64,000 bases of DNA from Candidatus Omnitrophota bacterium (lineage in GTDB: Bacteria; Omnitrophota; Gorgyraeia; Gorgyraeales; Gorgyraeaceae): NCBI GenBank assembly GCA_042571405.1, contig JBHPHU010000001.1:9298-73297 (forward strand), given 5' to 3'. A program made the position numbers and the translations under genes. The notes beneath the pieces were generated by a model. It ran no database searches, was not told the DNA's origin, and worked only from the letters and a program-made list of their open reading frames with translations. Each line of letters opens with the position of its first letter. Within the stretch, counting starts at the first letter, position 1. This document shows positions 1 to 9,940 of this stretch, in pieces.

Positions 1-2
1 CT

Positions 3-542
3 TATACCTTTGGGCACACGCGGCGCGTATCAATAATAGCAGAAAAGATCGCCAAGGCAATTGGATGGGATGAAAACAGAGTATTGGAATTAAGGCTATC
101 TGCTGAGCTGCATGATATAGGAAAGATCCTGATTCCCCTGGAGATATTGAATAAACCTGGCAAACTTTCTATTCTGGAGCTCAAGATGGTCCAGGAACAC
201 GTTGAAAAGTGTTATTTTATGCTTAAGAGCCATACATTCCCTTTTCCTCTGCCAGAGGCTATATACCAGCATCATGAAAGACTTGATGGGAACGGTTATC
301 CGCGTGGACTATCAGGAGACAAGATAATTCCTGAAGCAAGAATCCTGGCTATCGCTGACGTCCTGGAAGCAATGACATTTCACAGACCCTACAGGGCTGC
401 GTTGGGACTGAAAAAAGCTATGAAGGAATTAAAAGATAATTCAGGCTCTAAATATGACACTGATATAGTGAATGCCGCGATGAAGATCCTGGAAGAGAAT
501 AACTACGAGCCCTTCTGGCTAAGCCAAGAAACCGCATATTAA
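3..542 (+). CDS. HD-GYP domain protein (c-di-GMP phosphodiesterase family), 5' end outside window
   Basis: Frame stays open back to nt 3 (YTFGHTRRVSIIAEKIAKAIGW). HD motif AELHDIGK and HHERLDGNGYPRGL (GYP) are visible. Confidence 0.85.
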   Translation, partial: YTFGHTRRVSIIAEKIAKAIGWDENRVLELRLSAELHDIGKILIPLEILNKPGKLSILELKMVQEHVEKCYFMLKSHTFPFPLPEAIYQHHERLDGNGYPRGLSGDKIIPEARILAIADVLEAMTFHRPYRAALGLKKAMKELKDNSGSKYDTDIVNAAMKILEENNYEPFWLSQETAY

Positions 543-556
543 CCCCTTCCTTAAAA

Positions 557-1615
557 ATGAAAAGCAACGTCTATTTTATAAGAACAGGTGATATAAAAAA
601 TAGAGCTGCTTCCCTATTAAAGCTCCTCCAAGCGATAGATCCTTTCTCATCATACAAAAAAGATGAATTTATCCCTATCAAACTTACAATAGGCGATACT
701 AAATGCGTCTACCATGCCAGTCCTGAACTGGTAAAAACAATAATAAACCAAATAAAGAATAAAAAGGCAAAACCATTTCTCTTTGACACAAACGTAATAT
801 ATAAAGGTTCGCGGCTCAATGCTGTAGACCATCTCACGCTAGCACAAAACAAAGGATTCTCTCATTCCAGAGTAGGCGCGCCATTTGTAATAGCAGATGG
901 TTTGTTTGGCCAGGACGGAAACGAATATGACATTGATTCAGAATATATAAAAAAGATAAAAATCCCTTCTTTTATAGGTATGTTGGATAACCTTGTAGTG
1001 CTATCACATGTTACATGTCATGTATTAGCGGGGTATGCAGGGGCATTAAAAAACGTCGCCATGGGTATGGTGTGTAAGCCTACAAAACAGGTGCAGCACT
1101 CTTCCCTTAAGCCGCATGTGATAGAAGAAAAATGCATATCATGCGGATGCTGCATAGATATATGCCCGGTAGATGCAATATCATTTTCAGAAAACAAGAA
1201 AGCAATGATAGACCAAACCAAGTGCGTTGGATGCGGGGAATGCCTTTGCGCATGTAAATTTGACGCGGTCTTTATAAACTGGGATGAAGACGCGGATGTA
1301 TTTTCAAAAAGAATTGCTGAGGTAGCCGCGTTTATATTGCAAAAATTTAAAAACAGCTTTTTCATAAACCTTGCCTTTGACGTAACAAAAGAATGCGATT
1401 GCATATCCACGAAGAATGAAAAGATCGTATGCAAAGACATAGGTATCCTTGCTTCAAAAGACATAATAGCGCTTGAAAAAGCGACCCTGGACCTCGTCAA
1501 TAAAAACGAGGATGTGATCTTAAAAGAGCGATCCAGGAATTCGCACAAGATAGCCCTTGAAGGCGCGCACAAAAAAGGCCTGGGTAATCTAGAATATAAT
1601 CTCATTGATTTATAA
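557..1615 (+). CDS. DUF362 domain protein with inserted 2x[4Fe-4S] ferredoxin domain
   Basis: 352-aa ORF with two CxxCxxCxxxCP-type clusters (CISCGCCIDICP, CVGCGECLCACK). Overall DUF362-like layout recognised by eye. Confidence 0.7.
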   Translation: MKSNVYFIRTGDIKNRAASLLKLLQAIDPFSSYKKDEFIPIKLTIGDTKCVYHASPELVKTIINQIKNKKAKPFLFDTNVIYKGSRLNAVDHLTLAQNKGFSHSRVGAPFVIADGLFGQDGNEYDIDSEYIKKIKIPSFIGMLDNLVVLSHVTCHVLAGYAGALKNVAMGMVCKPTKQVQHSSLKPHVIEEKCISCGCCIDICPVDAISFSENKKAMIDQTKCVGCGECLCACKFDAVFINWDEDADVFSKRIAEVAAFILQKFKNSFFINLAFDVTKECDCISTKNEKIVCKDIGILASKDIIALEKATLDLVNKNEDVILKERSRNSHKIALEGAHKKGLGNLEYNLIDL

Positions 1616-1635
1616 TATGGACTTTTTATTATTTA

Positions 1636-1768
1636 AATTCGAATCTCGAAATACGAAATCCGAAACAAATTCGAAATACAAAATTCAAATACTTTAAATA
1701 ATGTGTTTTGAATTTTTGATTTAGAATTTATGATTTGTTTCGAATTTCGATATTCGGATTTCGGATTT
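1636..1768. repeat. AT-rich imperfect palindrome built from TCGAAAT/CGGATTT motifs
   Basis: Left arm aaattcgaatctcgaaatacgaaatccgaaacaaattcgaaatacaaaattcaaa. Right arm tttgaatttttgatttagaatttatgatttgtttcgaatttcgatattcggatttcggattt. Sits in the intergenic gap. Confidence 0.55.
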
Positions 1769-1790
1769 ATATATATTATCAAGTTGACTT

Positions 1791-2492
1791 ATGACAACAT
1801 TTCAAAAATTATTCGGGATAAAAGATTCGGAGATCAAGAATACATGTATACTGCTGCCTCTTGTGCAAAAAAATGTCCTGAAGTGGTTAGATGTAAAGAA
1901 TTTATCGAAAGGTAAGCTCTACAGCTCGGGAAACAGCAAAGACTTCACAGCAATACACACTGGCATGGGACCTGCATTATCAGGGGACGCAGTTTTATAT
2001 CTAGAGAAAACTCCCTGCAAAAATATTATAGTCTTTGGTTCCTGCGGCCTGATAAAAGAAGAAAAAGATCTGACTATAGGTAGCCTTGTTGCGCCTGATA
2101 AATGCTATTGCATGGAAAGTTTCACTGATATGCTATTACATGAGAAAAAAGAATACGGCCTCTTTTGTCCTGACAAGACACTCCTTGAAAAACTACCGGA
2201 GGCAAAAAAAGTGACCTGCGCTACGCTCGGCTCCCTGAAACTCGAAGAAAAATACAGGGATTCATTTGAACAAAAAGGGATCCAGGTAGTTGATATGGAG
2301 GTCAGCGCTATATTTTCCGCGGCGAGCCACATCAAAAAAAAGGCCGCGGCGCTATTTTATATCACTGATATAATAAACAAAAAACCTTTTTATGAAAACT
2401 TGGGGACCGCAGACAGATCAGCACTTGTTTCCTCGATAAAATACGCGTCTAATATCCTATGCGATCTTATAAAAAAGAATCTGCGAGACTAA
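1791..2492 (+). CDS. nucleoside phosphorylase family protein (PNP_UDP_1-like)
   Basis: 233 aa. GSCGLI and DMEVSAIFSAA segments resemble MTA/futalosine nucleosidase-type phosphorylase folds. Confidence 0.5.
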   Translation: MTTFQKLFGIKDSEIKNTCILLPLVQKNVLKWLDVKNLSKGKLYSSGNSKDFTAIHTGMGPALSGDAVLYLEKTPCKNIIVFGSCGLIKEEKDLTIGSLVAPDKCYCMESFTDMLLHEKKEYGLFCPDKTLLEKLPEAKKVTCATLGSLKLEEKYRDSFEQKGIQVVDMEVSAIFSAASHIKKKAAALFYITDIINKKPFYENLGTADRSALVSSIKYASNILCDLIKKNLRD

Positions 2493-3793
2493 AAAAATCC
2501 AGAAAGCTGGTTACCTGCCTTAAAACAAATAAAAAACAGGAAATAATAAGGCTTCTCTACGAGATATCAAAAAGAGAAAATATAGAGCCCGATAATATAG
2601 TAAAAAAAATAGACCTTAAAAACTTTGACCGCATAAAAAAAGATCTATTGAAAAGAAGATTTCCTCGAGCGCATCCATCCCCATTTAAGGTCCATCTCCC
2701 TAAAATAAAACTGACTACTGATTCAATACAAAATACTAAAAAGCTGGAATTCTATCCAAAAAAAATATTTATAGAAAAATCCGCAAAGGCCTCTGCCATG
2801 GCGCAGAGATTTAAAAAATCCTTTCCCAAGGCCAAATCTACAGAGATTAAATCCCTGAAGGATTATCTTAAGGAAAATAGACGCCTTACGATCCCTGATT
2901 ATAACAAAAGAAAAGATACCGTCTTTATAACTTATGAAAACTACGATTTCTTTAAAAAATGTCCCTGCACAAAAAAGGCGATCGGATGCGGCTACCATAT
3001 ATTTAACCTGAGCTTTGGCTGCCTGTTCGACTGCACTTACTGCTATCTTCAGGAATATACTAATAGCCCCGGCCTTATATTTCCAGCAAATATTGATAAA
3101 TTCTTCAAAAACTTTTCCTTGTATAAAAAACCTGGCATGCGCATAGGAACAGGCGAGTTCTCAGATTCCCTAATGCTCGACCACATAACAGAATATTCCA
3201 TTCCTATAATAGAATTTTTCAAAAAACATAAAGATGTAACATTCGAATTTAAGACAAAAAGTGTAAATATAGATAATCTCTTGAAAACAAAGCATGCCGG
3301 TAATATAGTAGTTGCCTGGTCTTTAAACCCGCAGAAAATCATTGATGAGAATGAATTTTTTACGCCTTCGCTTACAGAACGCCTAGATGCGGCTAAAAAA
3401 TGCGTCGAGGCAGGCTACAAGGCCTCTTGCCATTTTGATCCAGTAGTGTATTCCAGGGGCTGGGAAAAAGAATACAAAAAAGTAATAGAAATGCTTTTTG
3501 ATACGATAAAACCGAAAGACATAGCATGGATAAGCATAGGCACGCTAAGATTTAATCCAAAGGTAAAACAAACTATTGAGGCGCGCTTCCCTGCTAACAA
3601 GATTCTTAACGAAGAATTGATCCTGGATTTTGACAATAAACTAAGATACCCTTACAGCATACGGCAAGAGGTCTATGATAGTATGCTAAAAACGCTTCAC
3701 AGTCATTCTAAAAAACTTTCGATATATCTCTGCATGGAAAATAGTTCTATGTGGCGGGAATTAAAACTAAGACCGACTAGACTTTTCCGGTAA
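2459..3793 (+). CDS. radical SAM protein, spore-photoproduct-lyase-like family
   Basis: CLFDCTYCYLQ is a CX3CX2C radical-SAM motif. Length and surrounding motifs resemble the SplB-like family. Confidence 0.65.
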   Translation: MRSYKKESARLKKSRKLVTCLKTNKKQEIIRLLYEISKRENIEPDNIVKKIDLKNFDRIKKDLLKRRFPRAHPSPFKVHLPKIKLTTDSIQNTKKLEFYPKKIFIEKSAKASAMAQRFKKSFPKAKSTEIKSLKDYLKENRRLTIPDYNKRKDTVFITYENYDFFKKCPCTKKAIGCGYHIFNLSFGCLFDCTYCYLQEYTNSPGLIFPANIDKFFKNFSLYKKPGMRIGTGEFSDSLMLDHITEYSIPIIEFFKKHKDVTFEFKTKSVNIDNLLKTKHAGNIVVAWSLNPQKIIDENEFFTPSLTERLDAAKKCVEAGYKASCHFDPVVYSRGWEKEYKKVIEMLFDTIKPKDIAWISIGTLRFNPKVKQTIEARFPANKILNEELILDFDNKLRYPYSIRQEVYDSMLKTLHSHSKKLSIYLCMENSSMWRELKLRPTRLFR

Positions 3794-5242
3794 AACTTTT
3801 ATTGCCCGCTCAGGCCTTGCAGGGCATTTGTTTTGGCAGATTCCGCAGCCTATACATAAATCCGGGTCAACACTGGGTTTTAATACTATATCATCTATTA
3901 CCTTGATGGCTTTATTGGGCACAGGGCAATGCTCTTCGCATACGATACATTGCATATTCTTAGACCAGGCAATGCATTTTGAACGGTCTACCTTTGCTAT
4001 GCCAAGTCTTGTTCTTTTTTTCTCTTCCACACTTAACTTTGGTATAGCGCCTGTTGGGCAGACATTTCCACAAAGAGTACAGGTATATTCGCAATAGCCT
4101 ATCTCCGGCACAAGATGCGGAGTCCACATACCCTGCAGGCCTGATTCAAAAATAGCTGGCTGGAGTCCATTGGTTACACAGACTCTCATGCAATTGCCGC
4201 AGCGTATACAACGATCCAAAAACTCTCCTTCTTTCAATGCAGCAGGCGGCCTGATCACCTTTTGCGCTATTAAACGCGTCTTATTTCTAAATCCAAGAGA
4301 CAAAGAAGAGGCAAGCATCAAGAATAAAAACTCACGACGCGATATATTGCCTTTTTCCCCATTCCGACCTCGTAGGTCGACCTCGTAGGTCGACCTACGA
4401 GGTCGGAATGGTAATTGTAAGGTAAATCTGGTTCCTTGTACCGGGCAATCATATATGCAGTCCATACAAAGTATGCATTCGCCCTTTACATAGCTTAAAT
4501 CCTTGTTTATAGCTCCCATCCTGCAGTCTTCTTTGCACTTAAGACAATTCGTACATTTTTCAACTACCCGCCCCAGTGGAGAAAATCTGGCCAGTAAAGA
4601 ATATATTGCGCCCAAAGGACAGATTGCGCGGCACCAAAACCTTTTTGCTATTAAAACTGATGAACATACTAAAACAAAAAATATCAAGATTATACCTGAA
4701 TGAGAAAAATAGTAGGTGTTTATTCCGAGGACTGAAGATTTTAGTAAACGATAAAAATCATACAACGGGGTATAGTAATCTGCCTTTATTATAAAAAATC
4801 TAAGTACTCTATCAAGGCCAGAAGTAACGCCCGGGATAAGATTCAGGGAGACAAACCTTGCTGTAATCACTATTGGATCGAAGATCCAGGCAATCTGGAT
4901 TCCCAAAAAAGAAAATATAGCAATAGCGCCAAGGATATAAAATTTTATAGAGTACGGGATTTTATTCTGCTTTTTTTTCTGGCTTCCACACAGATCTATA
5001 ACAGTACCCAGAGGACAAATCCAACCGCAGAAAAACCTACCAATGCCCAATGTCAATAGCATCATAATAACCGCAAATATTATTCCAGGCAGCATTATGC
5101 GTTCGCTTATGGAGGTAAATATCATTATCAAGGGATTGATTTTAAAGAATACATCTAGATATGTCGCGGACCAAAGGATATATACGAATAATGTGAGAAA
5201 TAAAAATTGGGAGGATCTTCTAAGAATGACTAATTTTTTCAT
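3767..5242 (-). CDS. membrane-anchored polyferredoxin (NapH/MauN-like N-terminus plus several 4Fe-4S clusters)
   Basis: N-terminal TM helices with CGWICPLG and CRAICPLG. C-terminal CxxCxxCxxxCP clusters. An internal palindromic element and a Tat-like RREFLF segment sit mid-protein. Confidence 0.65.
   Translation of the reverse strand: MKKLVILRRSSQFLFLTLFVYILWSATYLDVFFKINPLIMIFTSISERIMLPGIIFAVIMMLLTLGIGRFFCGWICPLGTVIDLCGSQKKKQNKIPYSIKFYILGAIAIFSFLGIQIAWIFDPIVITARFVSLNLIPGVTSGLDRVLRFFIIKADYYTPLYDFYRLLKSSVLGINTYYFSHSGIILIFFVLVCSSVLIAKRFWCRAICPLGAIYSLLARFSPLGRVVEKCTNCLKCKEDCRMGAINKDLSYVKGECILCMDCIYDCPVQGTRFTLQLPFRPRRSTYEVDLRGRNGEKGNISRREFLFLMLASSLSLGFRNKTRLIAQKVIRPPAALKEGEFLDRCIRCGNCMRVCVTNGLQPAIFESGLQGMWTPHLVPEIGYCEYTCTLCGNVCPTGAIPKLSVEEKKRTRLGIAKVDRSKCIAWSKNMQCIVCEEHCPVPNKAIKVIDDIVLKPSVDPDLCIGCGICQNKCPARPERAIKVLPEKSSRS
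4359..4411. repeat. GC-rich palindromic element, family 2 (CCTCGTAGG core), translated in frame
   Basis: ccattccgacctcgtaggtcga / cctcgtagg / tcgacctacgaggtcggaatgg gives 22-bp perfect arms. It encodes PFRPRRSTYEVDLRGRNG in the minus-strand ORF. Confidence 0.85.
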
Positions 5243-6198
5243 GTTTCTAATTTAAATATATCCGCCTTGCTGGTGTCGAACTTTCCGAAACCGCGATTTT
5301 TTGCTTCCTGGATATAATTAACAGATAAAGGGTCACGCCCTACCAGCTCTGCCGCATAAGTATCAGCCAGGGTCGGATCTGTGCCAACTATTAATGTCTT
5401 GTAATCTTCCACATCTTTAAGGTTTCCGCCCCTCGGCCCATTTCTGATAAGAACCCTATAGGCATCTATTACTGTTAAATCTGGTTTTATAAAATCAGTG
5501 AGATCCACGAGCTTAACTCCTATATTATCATGAATCGTGGCCCTGTCTCCGCCGCAGACACCCATGAGATTCTTCATCGAGAGAGTCAGTCCTGTAAGGG
5601 CATGATCCTTTAGAATAGGTACATTTATAAACGTGTCGCACTCCAGCACATCCCTATAAATCGGCCAACCATCCATAGGGCTTTTATAAGAAAATTTCGC
5701 CTTTATATAATTCCACTCATCAGTAAAATATACATTTGCGCCTTTATCTCTTGCCGCGGCAGCTATGCCGCTATTTTCATAGCAAAGCTTTGAGTCATTG
5801 CAAGACCTTTCAAATACATTTACCCTTTTTGCGCCTGCTTTAAAACAGAGTTCAACTAGCGCGGCAACTACCATGGGGTTCGTGTTGCCCGCATACTCCG
5901 GGGCCCTGTCCCATGCCATATTTGGCTTAATAATAACTTTATCCCCTCTTTTAACAAACTTCTCCATCCCGCCAATACCTTCAATCGCCTTAACAGTCAT
6001 TAAATAAGGATCTTCCCCTCTCGCAACGACAAGATCATGATTTGTGGAAATATTCTTACCTGTCCTGGCATTCGAAGCCTTGGCTTGTCTCGGGAATATC
6101 CCTCCAAACAACATGCCTCCCAGGCCAACAAGAGCTAATTTTATAAACTCCTTACGGGATATCTTTTTTCTAAATAAGCTGTTCAGCGATCCGTTCAT
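5239..6198 (-). CDS. DUF362 domain protein with Tat-like signal peptide
   Basis: N-terminus SRKEFIKLALVGLGGMLFGG..AKA is signal-like. The body resembles the DUF362 ORF at 557-1615 and the start/stop overlaps the polyferredoxin gene. Confidence 0.65.
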   Translation of the reverse strand: MNGSLNSLFRKKISRKEFIKLALVGLGGMLFGGIFPRQAKASNARTGKNISTNHDLVVARGEDPYLMTVKAIEGIGGMEKFVKRGDKVIIKPNMAWDRAPEYAGNTNPMVVAALVELCFKAGAKRVNVFERSCNDSKLCYENSGIAAAARDKGANVYFTDEWNYIKAKFSYKSPMDGWPIYRDVLECDTFINVPILKDHALTGLTLSMKNLMGVCGGDRATIHDNIGVKLVDLTDFIKPDLTVIDAYRVLIRNGPRGGNLKDVEDYKTLIVGTDPTLADTYAAELVGRDPLSVNYIQEAKNRGFGKFDTSKADIFKLET

Positions 6199-6207
6199 GA
6201 CATCTCC

Positions 6208-6924
6208 TTATTCACGTTTTTGCAATATGAGTTTTTTGTCCACAGTGTCTATCTGAAAATTAAACCTGTTCAAAAATGACATACCCAGAAGGCCGTCTTC
6301 AATACTATCCTCAGCGTCCAGCAGGACAATTGCGCCGACATCCCTGGCCTCAATATCCTGCACTCTTACACTATCTAAAATAATATACCGCGCATCTATC
6401 TTACGGCCATCAGCTACCTGCACTTCAACCATGTTTTTGTCATTGCTCGACCTGGTTTTTATTCCCAATTTCTTTGCTATAGGACTCGAGAGCACCAAGG
6501 TAGACGCGCCAGTATCCAACAAAAGCGACGCCTTGACCTTTTCATTCAACATTGCTTCCACGATTATATGATCTTTCCTGTTAGAAAACTCGACCTCTTT
6601 GGGCTCAAATTCCTCCCTGCGATTAGCTTCCTCTAATTCATGCTCCCTTTTTACTCTCTCCTCTTCCTCTGTTTTCTTCCGTCTTTCCCATTCTTTGCGT
6701 ATAGCCCCGGATTCAACAGGATCCGATCTCTTTATGCTATCTATCTCATGCTTACTAAATTTAATTGTCCCAAATCCAACATCCAGTTCAACAATCTTTT
6801 CGTTTTCCTTTTTTATCAATCCATCCATATTGCGGCCATTCTTGAGATACACAGTATCAGCAATGGACTCTGAAATAAGACCGAAAAATAAAAAGGAAAT
6901 GAATATTAAGATTTTAAGATTCAT
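6208..6924 (-). CDS. retropepsin-like (clan AA) aspartic protease with signal peptide and charged coiled region
   Basis: LLLDTGAS catalytic motif, N-terminal hydrophobic leader and an E/R/K-rich linker. Confidence 0.7.
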   Translation of the reverse strand: MNLKILIFISFLFFGLISESIADTVYLKNGRNMDGLIKKENEKIVELDVGFGTIKFSKHEIDSIKRSDPVESGAIRKEWERRKKTEEEERVKREHELEEANRREEFEPKEVEFSNRKDHIIVEAMLNEKVKASLLLDTGASTLVLSSPIAKKLGIKTRSSNDKNMVEVQVADGRKIDARYIILDSVRVQDIEARDVGAIVLLDAEDSIEDGLLGMSFLNRFNFQIDTVDKKLILQKRE

Positions 6925-7023
6925 ATATCTATAAATAGAATATCACGAAGCCTCGAATTAGCAAGTTGATTTTAATTTCCCAGCATGATAACATAGTAGA
7001 TGTGAAAAATGAGGAGGATTATC

Positions 7024-7518
7024 ATGGAGTTTTTTGAAGTAGTAAAACAAAGAAAAAGCGTAAGGGAATTTTCTGAAAAGATTGTTGAAAAAGAGTTTCT
7101 CGAAAAGATAATAGACGCGGGAAGAGTCGCGGCCACAGCAAGAAATGAGCAGCCGTGGGAATTTATCATAACGTCTGATAAAAATATCCTCAATAAGATC
7201 TGTGACATGTGCCCGAATGGCCCTTTTATTAAGGGCGCGCCGCATTTGATAGCGGTCTTCTCAAAAGATACAAAATATTATCTTGAAGACTGCTCTGCTG
7301 CCACGCAAAACATGCTCCTGGCAATAGAAGCGCTTGGCCTGGGCGGATGCTGGGTCGCGGGAGACAAAAAAGATTATACAGGGGAAATAATAAAAATATT
7401 CAATGTACCCGAAAATCATAAGCTGGTAAGCATGATATCCGTTGGATACCCGAAAACCCCTAAAGAACCAAAAGCAAAAAGAAACACCAAAGAAGTCCTT
7501 CACTGGGAGAAATGGTAA
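7024..7518 (+). CDS. nitroreductase family protein
   Basis: MEFFEVVKQRKSVREF start is typical of the family. AGGAGG lies 7 nt upstream of the ATG at 7024, so the ATG at 7009 is rejected. Confidence 0.8.
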   Translation: MEFFEVVKQRKSVREFSEKIVEKEFLEKIIDAGRVAATARNEQPWEFIITSDKNILNKICDMCPNGPFIKGAPHLIAVFSKDTKYYLEDCSAATQNMLLAIEALGLGGCWVAGDKKDYTGEIIKIFNVPENHKLVSMISVGYPKTPKEPKAKRNTKEVLHWEKW

Positions 7519-7519
7519 C

Positions 7520-9940
7520 ATGACAAATAATCCATTGTGGAAATTCCTGGATGACACAGGCACTTTTGTTGCGAAAAATCCGCACGAGGTAAGCAGGCTC
7601 TATTTTCCGCTTGCGAATGAAAAAGGCTTGCTCTCTTCCATAACCCCTACACTTCACGGAGACATAAAGACAGGCCAGAATACATTCCTCACGCCGCCTG
7701 TTTCCACTGAAGATTTGAGCAATTCAAGATATGGCCGTAACTTCTGGCTTTATATCAAAGGCCATGGCGCATGGTCAGCTGCTTCAGGTGAAGTAGATAA
7801 ATCCCTGATAGAAGCAGGCATGCTGTGGCATAAGGTTATTCGCTCTAATAAAAAAATAGGCCTGAAAGCGGCTTTCACTAATTTTATCCCTGCAGACAAA
7901 CTCGCAGTAGAAATAATGTCTGTAGAGCTCACAAATATATCCTCTAAAAAACTTACTATCACCTCGACAGCTGCCATACCTATATATGCACGCTCAGCAG
8001 ACAGATTACGCGACCACAGGCACGTAAGCGCGCTTTTTAACCGCGTCAGACTGCACAAAAACGGTATTATCGTAAAACCAGCTATGGTATTTGACGAACA
8101 GGGGCATAAAATCAACTCTACATCTTATTTTGTACTTGGCTGTGATGAAAATGGTAATGCTCCTGATAGCTCTATTCCTACTATTTCTCAATTTACAGGC
8201 GAAGGTGGAAATCTTGATAAACCCAAAGCTGTACTAGACCCTGTACGGACGCGGTGTCCGGACAACGCGTCCGTACAGGGAAAAGAAACAATGGGTGCAA
8301 TAGGATTTAAAACCGTTACACTCCTGCCAGGAAGATCTAAGAGATACATCATCGTAATAGGCATAACTCAAGAAGAAAAACCTGAAGCCATATTCAGTAA
8401 ATTCAATTCGCGCAAAAAAATAGATGCCGCGCTTTTAGCAAACAAAGAATTCTGGCTCAAAAATACAAGCTCGATAAGCTCTTCTACGGGAAATAAAGAC
8501 TTTGACAGATGGTTTAGATGGGTAATGCTCCAGCCTATATTGCGTAAGATTTTCGGATGCTCCTTTCTCCCTGATTTTGACTATGGTAAAGGCGGCAGAG
8601 GCTGGCGGGACCTTTGGCAGGATTGTCTTACGCTGCTTCTAATAAATCCAGGCCAGGCCCGCGATATGCTCATTAATAATTTTGGAGGCTGCCGGCCGGA
8701 TGGTTCGAATGCCACTATAATAGGAAAAAAGCAGGGCGAGTTCATTCCTGACAGGAATGATCTAAGGCGTGTGTGGATGGACCATGGAATGTGGCCATTT
8801 ATGACCATTAATCTATATATAAATCAAACAGGAGATACAAATATCCTCTTTAAAAAAGCGCCGTTTTTTGAAAGTAAAAAAATAGCTGATGTTTTAAATC
8901 ATATACTGCGCCAGCATGAAAGACCCTTTACAAAGATCGGTAAACATGGGAATTTCCTGCTCGAAGGCGCGGACTGGAATGACGGACTTGATATGGCATC
9001 TCAACGCGGCGAAAGCGTAGCCTTTACAGCTGCGTATGCGGGTAATTTATATGCGCTTGGAGATTTACTGGAAAAGATAGGGTATAAAAAACAAACTATA
9101 AATGAACTTCGAAGAAAGGCTGATAAACTCGTCAATAACATACGCAAAAACGAATGGATAAAAACAAAATCCGGCTACAGTTTTTTTAATGGTTACTATG
9201 ACAATAAAGGAAAACGCGTTGAGGGAAATAAAAGAATGACCTTAACCGGCCAGGTCTTTCCTATCATGAGTGGTGTTGCAACAGATAAGCAAATCAAAGA
9301 GATATACAGAAGCGCAAAAAAATATCTCTGGGATAAAAAATTAGGAGGATTCAGGCTAAATACTGACTTTGGAGGAGTTTATCCTGATCTCGGCAGGGCA
9401 TTTGGGTTTGCATATGGCGAAAAAGAAAACGGCTCTTTCTTCAGCCACATGAATGTAATGTTTGCCTATGCGCTTTATAAAAGAGGGTTTGCAAAACAGG
9501 GTTTTGAAGTCTTAAATTCTATTTACAAGATGTGCATGAATACAAGCATAAGCAAGATCTATCCAGGCCTTCCTGAATATTTCAATTCTGAGGGGCGAGG
9601 CATGTATCATTATCTTACCGGCTCTGCAAGCTGGTTTGCGCTTACCATGCTTACTCAGGTATTTGGGATCCGGGGGAATATGGGAGACCTTTTAATTGAC
9701 CCGAAACTCACAAAAGAACAATTCGTAAAATCCACAAAGATCTCAATCGATACAAATTTCGCTGGAAGAAAAATAAAGACTACCTACATCAATCCTAGAA
9801 AGCTAGATTATGGAAAGTATAAAATAGGAAAGATTGTCATTAATGAAAAGATTACGACAAAACCACTAATAAAAAGAGAAGAACTTCTAAAAATTACTTC
9901 GAAAAATTTCCCCAACGCAATCAACGTTTATCTAAATTAA
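7520..9940 (+). CDS. GH94/GH36-type glycoside phosphorylase-like protein (cellobiose-phosphorylase superfamily)
   Basis: About 806 aa. GADWNDGLDM catalytic-region motif. The start is moved to the ATG at 7520, just after the nitroreductase stop. Confidence 0.6.
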   Translation: MTNNPLWKFLDDTGTFVAKNPHEVSRLYFPLANEKGLLSSITPTLHGDIKTGQNTFLTPPVSTEDLSNSRYGRNFWLYIKGHGAWSAASGEVDKSLIEAGMLWHKVIRSNKKIGLKAAFTNFIPADKLAVEIMSVELTNISSKKLTITSTAAIPIYARSADRLRDHRHVSALFNRVRLHKNGIIVKPAMVFDEQGHKINSTSYFVLGCDENGNAPDSSIPTISQFTGEGGNLDKPKAVLDPVRTRCPDNASVQGKETMGAIGFKTVTLLPGRSKRYIIVIGITQEEKPEAIFSKFNSRKKIDAALLANKEFWLKNTSSISSSTGNKDFDRWFRWVMLQPILRKIFGCSFLPDFDYGKGGRGWRDLWQDCLTLLLINPGQARDMLINNFGGCRPDGSNATIIGKKQGEFIPDRNDLRRVWMDHGMWPFMTINLYINQTGDTNILFKKAPFFESKKIADVLNHILRQHERPFTKIGKHGNFLLEGADWNDGLDMASQRGESVAFTAAYAGNLYALGDLLEKIGYKKQTINELRRKADKLVNNIRKNEWIKTKSGYSFFNGYYDNKGKRVEGNKRMTLTGQVFPIMSGVATDKQIKEIYRSAKKYLWDKKLGGFRLNTDFGGVYPDLGRAFGFAYGEKENGSFFSHMNVMFAYALYKRGFAKQGFEVLNSIYKMCMNTSISKIYPGLPEYFNSEGRGMYHYLTGSASWFALTMLTQVFGIRGNMGDLLIDPKLTKEQFVKSTKISIDTNFAGRKIKTTYINPRKLDYGKYKIGKIVINEKITTKPLIKREELLKITSKNFPNAINVYLN
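8239..8280. repeat. GC-rich palindromic element, family 1 (GACGCGTTGTC core), translated in frame
   Basis: ccctgtacggacgcggtgtc cg gacaacgcgtccgtacaggg gives 20-bp arms with 1 mismatch. Encodes DPVRTRCPDNASVQGK. Confidence 0.85.

Noticed and set aside
7442-7519. Upstream start of the GH94-like ORF
   Set aside because: It overlaps the 3' end of the nitroreductase gene in another frame. MTNNPLWKF at 7520 follows that stop directly.
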